Source: Candidatus Acetothermia bacterium
GTDB taxonomy: Bacteria; Bipolaricaulota; Bipolaricaulia; M55B111
Direction: 5' to 3'
DNA length: 15,882 nt
Assembly: GCA_046543235.1 (NCBI GenBank)
Contig: JBKGZT010000033.1
Coordinates: 1 to 15,882 of the forward strand
Part shown: piece after piece, positions 7,922 to 15,245 of the stretch
Numbering within the stretch: position 1 is the stretch's first letter
Layout: the number at the start of each line of letters is the position of its first letter
The notes under the pieces: model-generated
Database searches by the model: none
Told to the model about the DNA's origin: nothing
What the model saw: the letters and a program-made list of their open reading frames with translations, nothing else
Program-made: the position numbers and the translations under genes

Positions 7922-8461
7922 TCAGGCCAGTTCCGGTCGGCGGACGTAAAGGTCCCGGACTTCTTCAAAAAATTCCAGATATTTCTCCGACCTGTAGTCG
8001 GGATAAGTCCAGGGCTGAGGTCGAAATTCACCGTCCCGGTACTGGAGGGTAACTTCGGCGTAAATCCCCCGTTCAAGGTAAATCCGGTGAGAATAATTCT
8101 TGGTGGTAGCCAGAACGATTTTGGAAAGACCGACATAGCCCGGGTCGATATTTACCGGCCTCCGGACCTCGGCTTCGACCTCCTCCGCCAGGGCAAGTTC
8201 GATTCCGTTAGTTTTGAGTTTGATTCGGGGCAATTCGTCGGGCTGGATCAAGTCATGGAATACGAAGAACTTCTTCACCAACCCCTCACCCATTTCGCCG
8301 CTATAGTAGTCCGTATAGTCGAAAGGAATAAACGAACTTTCCCTGCCGACCTCTCCGAACCGCTCTTCCAGCTCTTCCCTTACCTTCGGCGCGTAATCCG
8401 GGTAGCCAGTCAGAAGGCCCACGAAAAGCTGAACCGGTTTCGGCTCTGACGGCCTTCCCAA
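7922..8461 (-). CDS. DUF4416 family protein
   Basis: Recognised pattern FDYTDYYxxEMG...KLKTNxIE...RPVNIDPGY...VLATTKNYSHRIYL...PWTYPDY. TTG start with GGAGG RBS. Confidence 0.85.
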   Translation of the reverse strand: MGRPSEPKPVQLFVGLLTGYPDYAPKVREELEERFGEVGRESSFIPFDYTDYYSGEMGEGLVKKFFVFHDLIQPDELPRIKLKTNGIELALAEEVEAEVRRPVNIDPGYVGLSKIVLATTKNYSHRIYLERGIYAEVTLQYRDGEFRPQPWTYPDYRSEKYLEFFEEVRDLYVRRPELA

Positions 8462-8502
8462 ATCTACCCTCCTTATTTGGACTTCGTCCAGTCAAAAACG
8501 GC

Positions 8503-8755
8503 CTAACGGGGCTCCTCGCCCAAAAGATCCTCCAAAGCCCGGCTCAGTTCCGGGTATCTGAACTCGAAACCCCTATCTAACAGGGCTTCCGGCTTCACCC
8601 TCTGCCCATCCAAAACCAGCGTAGCCGCCTCACCCAGGAGGCCCCGGAGGACGAAACCCGGCACCCTGGAGAAGGAAGTACGACCCGTTATCGATCAATT
8701 CCCCGGTCAACTCCCTCCCGATCAGGCCGGTTCCTCCGGTGACCAAGACACGCAT
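8503..8755 (-). pseudogene. Internally deleted TIGR01777/YfcH-type NAD-dependent epimerase (N-terminal Rossmann start fused out of frame to DUF1731 C-terminus)
   Basis: RBS plus ATG 8755 reads MRVLVTGGTGLIGRELTGELIDNG. After ~8685 another frame reads GRTSFSRVPGFVLRGLLGEAATLVLDGQRVKPEALLDRGFEFRYPELSRALEDLLGEEPR* (TAG 8505-8503). Span is 253 nt, not a multiple of 3. Confidence 0.85.
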
Positions 8756-8809
8756 ATTTCTTCTCCCCCTTAATCTATGCCCCTTACCGCACTTCGTTCC
8801 GAGCCTCTG

Positions 8810-9583
8810 TCAATCCTCGAAACCAAACGCCGATTTTACGTTAGCACCACCGTCGACGTGAATTACTTCGCCCGTTACCATCTCCGATTTGTCGGAAAGC
8901 AGCCAGGTACAGGCATCCGCCACGAACTCCTGAGAACCGCTGCTATCCCAGTCAAGCGGGGCCGAATCCTCGTACTCCGACGCCATCGTCGAGAATCCCG
9001 GTATACCCCTGGCGGAAAGCGTCTTCATCGTCCCCGCGGAAATAGCGTTCGTCCTGATTTCCTCTTCGCCCAGCCTTACCGCGAGCATCCTGGTAAAGTA
9101 CTCCAGGGCGTCCTTGAAAAAGTTCATCCAGCCGTAGGGAGGCCATATCCTTTCCGTGTCGAAACTCAGCGAAACTATACTCCCTCCGCCCGACAGCAGT
9201 GGATAAAATTCCTGGGCCAGCGTAAAGAGCGAAAAACTGGAAATGTCAAACGCCTCCATTACCTCCTCCCTGTCGGCTCTGAAAAAGTCCGGATTTATAC
9301 AATCCCGGTCAGCATAGGCTATGGAATGAACCAGACCATCTAACCTCCCCCACTTCTCTTCAGCTTTTGCGGCGGCCCGTTCTATCGTCTCCGGTTCGGT
9401 AACGTCGAGCTCCCAGACCGGCGGGTCATCAGGCAATCTCTTTGCGGCCTTTTCCGTCCTCTCGACTTCAGGGCTGGTCAGAACCACTTCGCCGCCCTGA
9501 GCCATGACCTCCTTCGTAATCCAGTAAGCAGCAGAGCGCTTGTTCCTTACCCCGGTAACCAGCACCTTCTTACCGTCTAACAT
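8810..9583 (-). CDS. fabI: Enoyl-ACP reductase (FabI/InhA-like SDR)
   Basis: VLVTGVRNKRSAA, WELDV, LDGLVHSIAY, catalytic Y-x6-K (YGWMNFFK), NAISAG, TGEVIHVDGG. GAGGGG RBS. Confidence 0.9.
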   Translation of the reverse strand: MLDGKKVLVTGVRNKRSAAYWITKEVMAQGGEVVLTSPEVERTEKAAKRLPDDPPVWELDVTEPETIERAAAKAEEKWGRLDGLVHSIAYADRDCINPDFFRADREEVMEAFDISSFSLFTLAQEFYPLLSGGGSIVSLSFDTERIWPPYGWMNFFKDALEYFTRMLAVRLGEEEIRTNAISAGTMKTLSARGIPGFSTMASEYEDSAPLDWDSSGSQEFVADACTWLLSDKSEMVTGEVIHVDGGANVKSAFGFED

Positions 9584-9640
9584 GATGACACCCCTCGATT
9601 GAAGGAAAATTTGTCCGATGGTTTTACCAAAACTTGCCGA

Positions 9641-9673
9641 GAAAGCCCCGTAGCTTTATGCGGGGTAATTGAC
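9641..9673 (+). mobile_element. Orphan IS200/IS605-family end-like hairpin
   Basis: GAAAGCCCCGTAGCTTTATGCGGGGTAATTGAC forms an imperfect hairpin CCCCGTA/TGCGGGG. Its reverse complement GTCAATTACCCC...GGGGCTT resembles termini of IS605/IS1341/IscB-type elements. No tnpA/tnpB adjacent. Confidence 0.6.
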
Positions 9674-9816
9674 TATAGCACCTGGGCCAGTACTATTAAA
9701 GACACGGAACGGTAAACGGTCAGTTCGGATTACCTGCGACCGCTATCAATTAAGGGAATCGTTGCCGGGGAGGGCTAACCACGGGGTAAATTAACACGCA
9801 ATAAGGGGAGGAAAAC

Positions 9817-10986
9817 ATGCAGAACTTCACTTTTCAAAACAAGACGAAGATAGTTTTCGGTAAGGGTGTCGAAGCCAGAACCGGCGAGGAAGTGCAAGAG
9901 TTCAGCGAGAAGGCGCTCTTCCTCTACGGCCAGGGGAGCATAAAGAAGTACGGAATCTACGACAAAGTGATGGACTCCCTAGACGAGTACGATATAGAAA
10001 CCGTCGAACTGGGAGGAGTCAAACCAAACCCGAGGTTAAGCCTTGTAAAAGAAGGTATAGAGATCTGCGAGACCGAGGGTATCGATTTCGTTCTCGCCGT
10101 GGGCGGCGGAAGCGTGATCGACACGGCGAAGGCGATAGCGATCGGGGTTCCTTACGAGGGAGACGTATGGGACTTTTACGAAACGGACAAAAAGGTCGAA
10201 GAGGCCCTTCCGGTAGGGGTGGTTCTGACGATACCTGCGGCCGGGAGCGAATCCAGTCCGGGGTCGGTCATCACCAAAGAAGAAGGCGGGTATAAAAGGG
10301 ACGTGGGGAGCGAAAAAATCAGGCCCAAGTTCGCCATCATGAACCCGGAATTTACCTACACCCTGCCCGACTATCAGACTGCCGCGGGAGCAGCGGATAT
10401 CATCTCTCACGTCATGGAAAGGTACTTTACGAACGAACCAGACGTCGACTTCACGGACAGGCTCAGCGAGGCGACCCTCCGAACCATTATCGAGAATACG
10501 CCGAAAGCACTCGAGCACCCTGAAACTTACGGCCCCAGGTCCCAGCTAATGTGGGCCAGTACTGTTGCCCATAACGACTTGCTCGGAACGGGCAGAGAGG
10601 AGGACTGGGCTTCTCACCAGATAGAGCACGAACTTAGCGGGATGTACGACGTAACTCACGGGGCCGGTCTGGCGATCATATTCCCCGCCTGGATGAAATA
10701 TGTCTACCAGAGAAACCTTGAACGATTCGCCCAGTTCGCCGTCCGGGTCTGGAACGTCGATCCGAATTTCTATGACCTGGAAGAGACGGCGCTAAAAGGT
10801 ATCGGCGAACTGGAGGCTTTTTACCGAGGAATAGGCCTGCCCACCAGGCTGGACGACCTGGAACCGGAAATATCGGATCGGAACCTGAAGGAGATGGCAA
10901 GAAAATGCACGGAAAAGGGTCCGGTGGGAAACTTCGTTGAATTGAAAGAAGAAGACGTACTGGAAATATACAAGCTGGCGCGATAG
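9817..10986 (+). CDS. Iron-containing alcohol dehydrogenase (butanol dehydrogenase BdhA/YqhD-like)
   Basis: GVKPNPR, AVGGGSVIDTAK, TIPAAGSE and metal ligands D-x3-H (DIISH), HQIEH and THGAGL. GGAGG RBS. Confidence 0.93.
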   Translation: MQNFTFQNKTKIVFGKGVEARTGEEVQEFSEKALFLYGQGSIKKYGIYDKVMDSLDEYDIETVELGGVKPNPRLSLVKEGIEICETEGIDFVLAVGGGSVIDTAKAIAIGVPYEGDVWDFYETDKKVEEALPVGVVLTIPAAGSESSPGSVITKEEGGYKRDVGSEKIRPKFAIMNPEFTYTLPDYQTAAGAADIISHVMERYFTNEPDVDFTDRLSEATLRTIIENTPKALEHPETYGPRSQLMWASTVAHNDLLGTGREEDWASHQIEHELSGMYDVTHGAGLAIIFPAWMKYVYQRNLERFAQFAVRVWNVDPNFYDLEETALKGIGELEAFYRGIGLPTRLDDLEPEISDRNLKEMARKCTEKGPVGNFVELKEEDVLEIYKLAR

Positions 10987-11019
10987 CTATCGCCGGCATG
11001 TTCGGGGTTGGCCCCTCAC

Positions 11020-11430
11020 CTAGAACAAAAGGGATTTCCCTGCGAGATAGCCTATGAGGGAAACGGTCGCCGAGAGGACTCCACCCCAGAGGAGATCAAC
11101 CACGGTGACCTTCACTGACCAGCCCGACAGGGTGGCCAGGTTCGTCAGATCGTAGGTCGCGTACGTTATTAGCCCGAACAAAAAGCCGATACCGATACTC
11201 CAGGCAAGTGATTCCTTCTGGATTGCCGGATTTACGACGAAAAGTACTATACCGACTACGAACAGAAGGTAAAACGCGAAAGCCGCGGCCCAGTTCGTGG
11301 AATCGGCCATCAGCTTTCCCAGCTCCCCCCGATAGAAGTCCCGTGCGACCACTCCAAGCCAGGTGAAGTCGATCACCAAAAATGCCCCGAGACAGATCAA
11401 GTAGAGGTAAATCTGACGCAAGAGGTTCAC
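11020..11430 (-). CDS. DUF2177 family membrane protein
   Basis: IDFTWLG...FY...YATYDLTNLATLSGW...VDLLWG pattern, 4 hydrophobic segments. GTG start with AAGGAGG RBS. Confidence 0.88.
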   Translation of the reverse strand: MNLLRQIYLYLICLGAFLVIDFTWLGVVARDFYRGELGKLMADSTNWAAAFAFYLLFVVGIVLFVVNPAIQKESLAWSIGIGFLFGLITYATYDLTNLATLSGWSVKVTVVDLLWGGVLSATVSLIGYLAGKSLLF

Positions 11431-11540
11431 TGTCGCCTCCTTTCAGTTACCGTTTCCGGTCAGGTAGATGTCGCCGTTGCCGGCTCCGAGCTGGCCAAAC
11501 TTGGAAAATTCAATTCTCCTTTCCCTGCCTCAATTTCGAG

Positions 11541-11945
11541 CTAACGAGCAGGACTTTTGTCAAGCACTTCGAGGATAATCCGGATGATTATAAGCCCCCA
11601 ACCGAGCGAGACTACGAACCAGACTACCTTCTGTGCAGCTTTCAGAGCCCCAAATACGATCAGGGAGACGGTAAGAATCCCCAGGTATCCCAGCGGTTCG
11701 GAGAGTTCTGATACATCTACCCCCGCAATAAGGTCTATGAGACGGACCAGCCCCCTCCCGATGGCCTCAGCCGCGGTATGCAGGAACGTCAGTATCTTGT
11801 CCACTACTCCGTCCGACACGGCACCTTCCACCCCGGCACCGTTCGGAAAAGCGGAGAGGGGGAGCACCAGTACAAACAAACCGACTAATACGACTCCCGT
11901 TACTCCTTTAAAAAGTCCATCGAGGCTTCTGCTCAAGCGGACCAC
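11541..11945 (-). CDS. Hypothetical small membrane protein (start uncertain)
   Basis: N-terminal signal-like hydrophobic stretch and two C-terminal TM-like segments (LGYLGILTVSLIVFGAL; VVWFVVSLGWGLIIIRIIL). Co-oriented with DUF2177. No clear RBS. Confidence 0.65.
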   Translation of the reverse strand: MVRLSRSLDGLFKGVTGVVLVGLFVLVLPLSAFPNGAGVEGAVSDGVVDKILTFLHTAAEAIGRGLVRLIDLIAGVDVSELSEPLGYLGILTVSLIVFGALKAAQKVVWFVVSLGWGLIIIRIILEVLDKSPAR

Positions 11946-11963
11946 CCCACTGAAGGGAAGAAA

Positions 11964-11995
11964 ATACGATAGCCAAGGTTTTTAACCTTGGTGTT
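11964..11995 (+). repeat. REP/IS200-IS605-end-like hairpin copy A
   Basis: ATACGATAG-CCAAGGTT-TTT-AACCTTGG-TGTT. Perfect 8-bp stem, flanks shared with copy B. Confidence 0.6.
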
Positions 11996-12100
11996 GTAGA
12001 AGTTTTTAGTACAAAGACGAGAACACTTCGACCAAACACAGCGACGGCTCCAGAAAAAAACTATCGAAAAAGTTTAATCCAAAATACTCCGTTTAAAACC

Positions 12101-12136
12101 ATACGAGAGCCGGGGGTTTCCACCCCCGGTGTTTAC
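12101..12136 (+). repeat. REP/IS200-IS605-end-like hairpin copy B
   Basis: ATACGAGAG-CCGGGGG-TTTCCA-CCCCCGG-TGTTTAC. Perfect 7-bp stem, flanks shared with copy A. Confidence 0.65.
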
Positions 12137-12935
12137 CGAGGTCAAAGTGTTGAACGATTGACTCCGGTAATAACTAAGTTAGTTCTAGCAAAGAGCAAGT
12201 ATAAAAACCAATACCGTGCCCGACAGCGAACCTGGAAACCCCCCGTCTGTCGAAGAACTGTAGCGGTGAGAGAATTTAGTATTTACCTATTTTACAATTT
12301 TTTACAGTACAACAGTAACCGAACCAAATCTTTACGGAATAATCGGATTCACGCCAGATATTTAAGTACCTGCAGGCCTGAACGGCTCCAACCAGAACTT
12401 CCGGCTATCTCTTTATGTGGCCCCGCTTTCGCTGAAGCTTCGGATTACGTTTTACTTCCTTGACCAGCCAGACGTAGTATATGGTTTCGTCCAGCTCGTC
12501 AGCCAGTTTCCAATCCGGTTTGTCCATTCTGCTTCTAATATACTCGACCTTTCGAGTCTTCTGAGAGGTCTTGATGATATCGCCTCCCCAAATAAAGCCG
12601 AAGGGCTTGATGGACCAGGAATAAGTATTACCAATACGAGGAGCCCGATCTTCAAGGCTCTTTCCGGAATCAAGATGTATAAGACCAAATAATTTTTAAC
12701 AAAAATTTCTTTCGATATATTAAAAGTATATCGGATGAAAGCCCAATTTTAAAATCCTTCCGTCTGGGGTCTTTCACCTCTACCAAGGTAACCCGATTGC
12801 CGGCCAAACTGGCCTTAGCCTGGATTAACCATGGTAAAAGAATTGAATCCATGTAATCATTATCGGCTCGGGGAGGAAAGGTATTCAGAATGAAGGCCCA
12901 GCTAGGGGGACAGATAGGGTCCGAAACCCGGAAAG

Positions 12936-14219
12936 CTACAGGAGCAGCCAGGTCGCCAGGCCCAGAAGGAAGATAAAACCAGCCACGTCGGTAACCGTGG
13001 TCATCCATATATTCGCCGAAAGTGCAGGATCAAAGCCGATCTTTTGCAGGCCAAGCGGTATCACCACCCCGGCCACCCCGGCCGCGACCATGCTCAACAC
13101 CATCGCCAGGCTAACCACGAAGGTCATCATCCACGACCCGGTCCAGGCAAAGGCAATTCCTCCAACGATAATCCCTATCGAAACCCCGTGAAGCAATCCC
13201 AACCAGGATTCCTTCAGCAGTGCTCTCAGCTCGTGCCCCTCCCGTATTTCACCCAGGGCGATACCGCGAACGAGCAAAGAGACGGTCTGGGTTCCGGAGT
13301 TGCCTCCCTGACCGGCTATGACGGGCATAAAGACGGCAAGAACGGCGTACCGAGCTATTGTATCTTCGAAATATCCGACCACAAAGGCCGCCAACATGGC
13401 TGTTCCCAGGTTGATAACAAGCCAGGGCAGGCGGTGTTTTACGGAAGTGGGCCAGGGAGTCCATATGGACTCCTCCATCGCGTTGCTAATACCCACCATC
13501 TCCAGCATGTCCTCAGTATCTTCCTGGCGCAGGATGTCTATCACGTCGTCCACGGTTATTACCCCGAGCAACCTCCCGCTTCTGCCCACCACGGGAAGGG
13601 CGAGGTAATCGTACTTGTCGAAGAGGCGGGCAACCTTCTCTCGATCGAGCTCCGGCGGAACTGTCTTTACATCCGGCTGCATGACTTCGTTCAGCTTTAG
13701 CTCGGGTTCCTTGAAGGCGATCTCCCGCAAAGGCAGGACTCCACAGAGCTGGCCCTTCTGGTCCGTAACGTAAACGTAATTGATATTCTCGAGCTTTCCT
13801 TCTTCCCGCCTCAACCAGGCTATCGCCTCTCTCACCGTCATGTCACTTGGGAGGCTGAGAACGTCCGGGGACATGGTTCCGCCGGCGGTATCCTGGGGAT
13901 ATTCGAGCAGGCTTTTCAGCCTCTTCCTGGTTAGCTTGTCCAGACGTCCCAGTATTCGTTCGCGGGTCTCGGGCTCGATCTCCTGGAGGAGATCGACCGC
14001 ATCATCCGGCTCCATCTCCTCCAGTATTCCCGCCTGATAAACCAGAGGGAGCCGAGCAATCAACCCGGATGCCTGCCACGGATCCATGTATTCCAGTATT
14101 TCGGAAGCATGGTCCGGCCGTAAACCACGAAGCTTCCCTGCGGCTTCTTCTTCCGGTAAAGCCAGAAGTTCTTCGGCAACTTTCGCCGGATGTAGGTCTT
14201 CTTGGGTTTTCTTAGGCAT
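12936..14219 (-). CDS. mgtE: Magnesium transporter MgtE
   Basis: MgtE N-domain (LHPAKVAE...MEPDDAVDLL), tandem CBS domains (YPQDTAGGTM...LLGVITVDDVID), TM region RLPWLVIN, GGNSGTQ, DPAL...TTVTDVAG with the conserved Mg-binding Asp. Confidence 0.97.
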   Translation of the reverse strand: MPKKTQEDLHPAKVAEELLALPEEEAAGKLRGLRPDHASEILEYMDPWQASGLIARLPLVYQAGILEEMEPDDAVDLLQEIEPETRERILGRLDKLTRKRLKSLLEYPQDTAGGTMSPDVLSLPSDMTVREAIAWLRREEGKLENINYVYVTDQKGQLCGVLPLREIAFKEPELKLNEVMQPDVKTVPPELDREKVARLFDKYDYLALPVVGRSGRLLGVITVDDVIDILRQEDTEDMLEMVGISNAMEESIWTPWPTSVKHRLPWLVINLGTAMLAAFVVGYFEDTIARYAVLAVFMPVIAGQGGNSGTQTVSLLVRGIALGEIREGHELRALLKESWLGLLHGVSIGIIVGGIAFAWTGSWMMTFVVSLAMVLSMVAAGVAGVVIPLGLQKIGFDPALSANIWMTTVTDVAGFIFLLGLATWLLL

Positions 14220-14289
14220 GGTTAGTTACAACCCGAATCTTCCGAGCAAAACAGTGGAGAAAAAGGGGTCAGTAGACCAAAAAGGAAGA

Positions 14290-14346
14290 GCCCCAGATAC
14301 CGTGGAACGAGCTTACAAACCGGAAACTTCCACCCGGTATTGGGGC
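14290..14346 (-). promoter_or_regulatory. Long imperfect hairpin in mgtE leader (terminator/attenuator candidate)
   Basis: GCCCCA-ATACC-(GG)-GTGGAA / TTCCAC-GGTAT-(C)-TGGGGC, about 17 bp, followed on the - strand by TCTTCCTTTTT. Confidence 0.5.
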
Positions 14347-14371
14347 AACCTGGAGTCAAGCCTCAACCAAT

Positions 14372-15100
14372 TTAGTTTTCGGAATCAGCGCTTTCCTCTT
14401 TCCAATCTTCGATTTGTTCCGAGTTATACTGGGAAACTTCTTTAAGTCGGTTTATACGTCCTCCCAGAGTATCGACGTCAGAAACCAGGGTGTCCAGCCG
14501 GTTTGAGAGCTCGTTATCCGAAGTCTCGAGCGAATTAACCGCCCCGTTCAGGTCACTAACCTCCGATCGAAGCCCTTCTATCTCTTCCATCAGCGCCGTG
14601 TTCTTCTGGGAGAAATCGTTAACGGCCTCTTCAAGCCGAGAACTCAGCTCCGACTGACCCGACTTCGTCTCTTCCAGCTCGGCCTGAAGCTGGTCTACCG
14701 CGTTGAGTCTTTCCGCCATCTGTTCATCGGACTGCTCCAGCTGCTCTACCTTACCGGAAAGTTCCCCGTAAGTCTCCTTCCAGTCCTCCAGGCTCTCGCT
14801 CAAGGAATTATAGTTTTCTTCAACCCCGCCGACTTTATCCGTGAGGTCCTGTAGGTCGCCCGAAAGGTCCTCAATCCTTTCGCTTAGGTCGGACTCCAGG
14901 GAAGAAATTTCCTCCGTCCGACTTTCTTCCACGTTTTCAAGCTGGTCCTGGAGACCACTTACCTGGGACTCGAGTTCCTCTACTTTTTCCGACTGATCGG
15001 CCGAGTTAATCCGGCCATTGAAGTTAAAACCGACGAAAAGCAGTCCACCAACAAGCACAACCAACAACGAATAAACCGTAAATTTTGAAAATCCTGACAT
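14372..15100 (-). CDS. Membrane-anchored long coiled-coil protein
   Basis: Start moved to ATG 15100 (GGGAGGT RBS). One N-terminal TM segment (FTVYSLLVVLVGGLLFVGF), then ~200 aa of acidic heptad-patterned helix without Pro. Confidence 0.85.
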   Translation of the reverse strand: MSGFSKFTVYSLLVVLVGGLLFVGFNFNGRINSADQSEKVEELESQVSGLQDQLENVEESRTEEISSLESDLSERIEDLSGDLQDLTDKVGGVEENYNSLSESLEDWKETYGELSGKVEQLEQSDEQMAERLNAVDQLQAELEETKSGQSELSSRLEEAVNDFSQKNTALMEEIEGLRSEVSDLNGAVNSLETSDNELSNRLDTLVSDVDTLGGRINRLKEVSQYNSEQIEDWKEESADSEN

Positions 15101-15157
15101 CTTCGTTACCTCCCTTTGAGAATTTACTCCGTCCAAATCCTATACTCTTCAACATAA

Positions 15158-15186
15158 AGTCTATTTGTAAGTTTTAACTAAGTCAA
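15158..15186 (-). promoter_or_regulatory. Putative sigma70 promoter for coiled-coil gene/mgtE
   Basis: On the - strand: TTGACT (15186-15181), 17-nt spacer, TAGACT (15163-15158). Confidence 0.5.
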
Positions 15187-15216
15187 ACTCCGCCGCTTTC
15201 CTTTGCTCTAATGCAG

Positions 15217-15245
15217 TTGACAGGACTTTTTCTTAACCATATCAT
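15217..15245 (+). promoter_or_regulatory. Sigma70 promoter for LapA-like gene
   Basis: TTGACA (15217-15222), 17-nt spacer, TATCAT (15240-15245). Confidence 0.75.

Noticed and set aside
6857..9343. + strand ORFs 6857-7489, 7916-8449 and 8777-9343
   Set aside because: Antisense shadows of the methyltransferase, DUF4416 and fabI.
11460..11543. Possible amber read-through or small ORF after the membrane protein's TAG
   Set aside because: Only 26 featureless codons follow before TGA, with no supporting recoding signal.
11964..12252. CRISPR array
   Set aside because: Repeats are too few and too divergent, spacing (~137 nt) is too long, and no cas genes are present.
12158..12463. 101-aa + strand ORF (also 12417-12692 and 12670-13008)
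   Set aside because: No RBS, composition unlike the acidic genuine proteins and no motifs. Likely spurious.
13044..13700. 218-aa His-rich + strand ORF
   Set aside because: Antisense to the mgtE TM region. His/Gln richness is the expected mirror of Val/Met/Leu codons.
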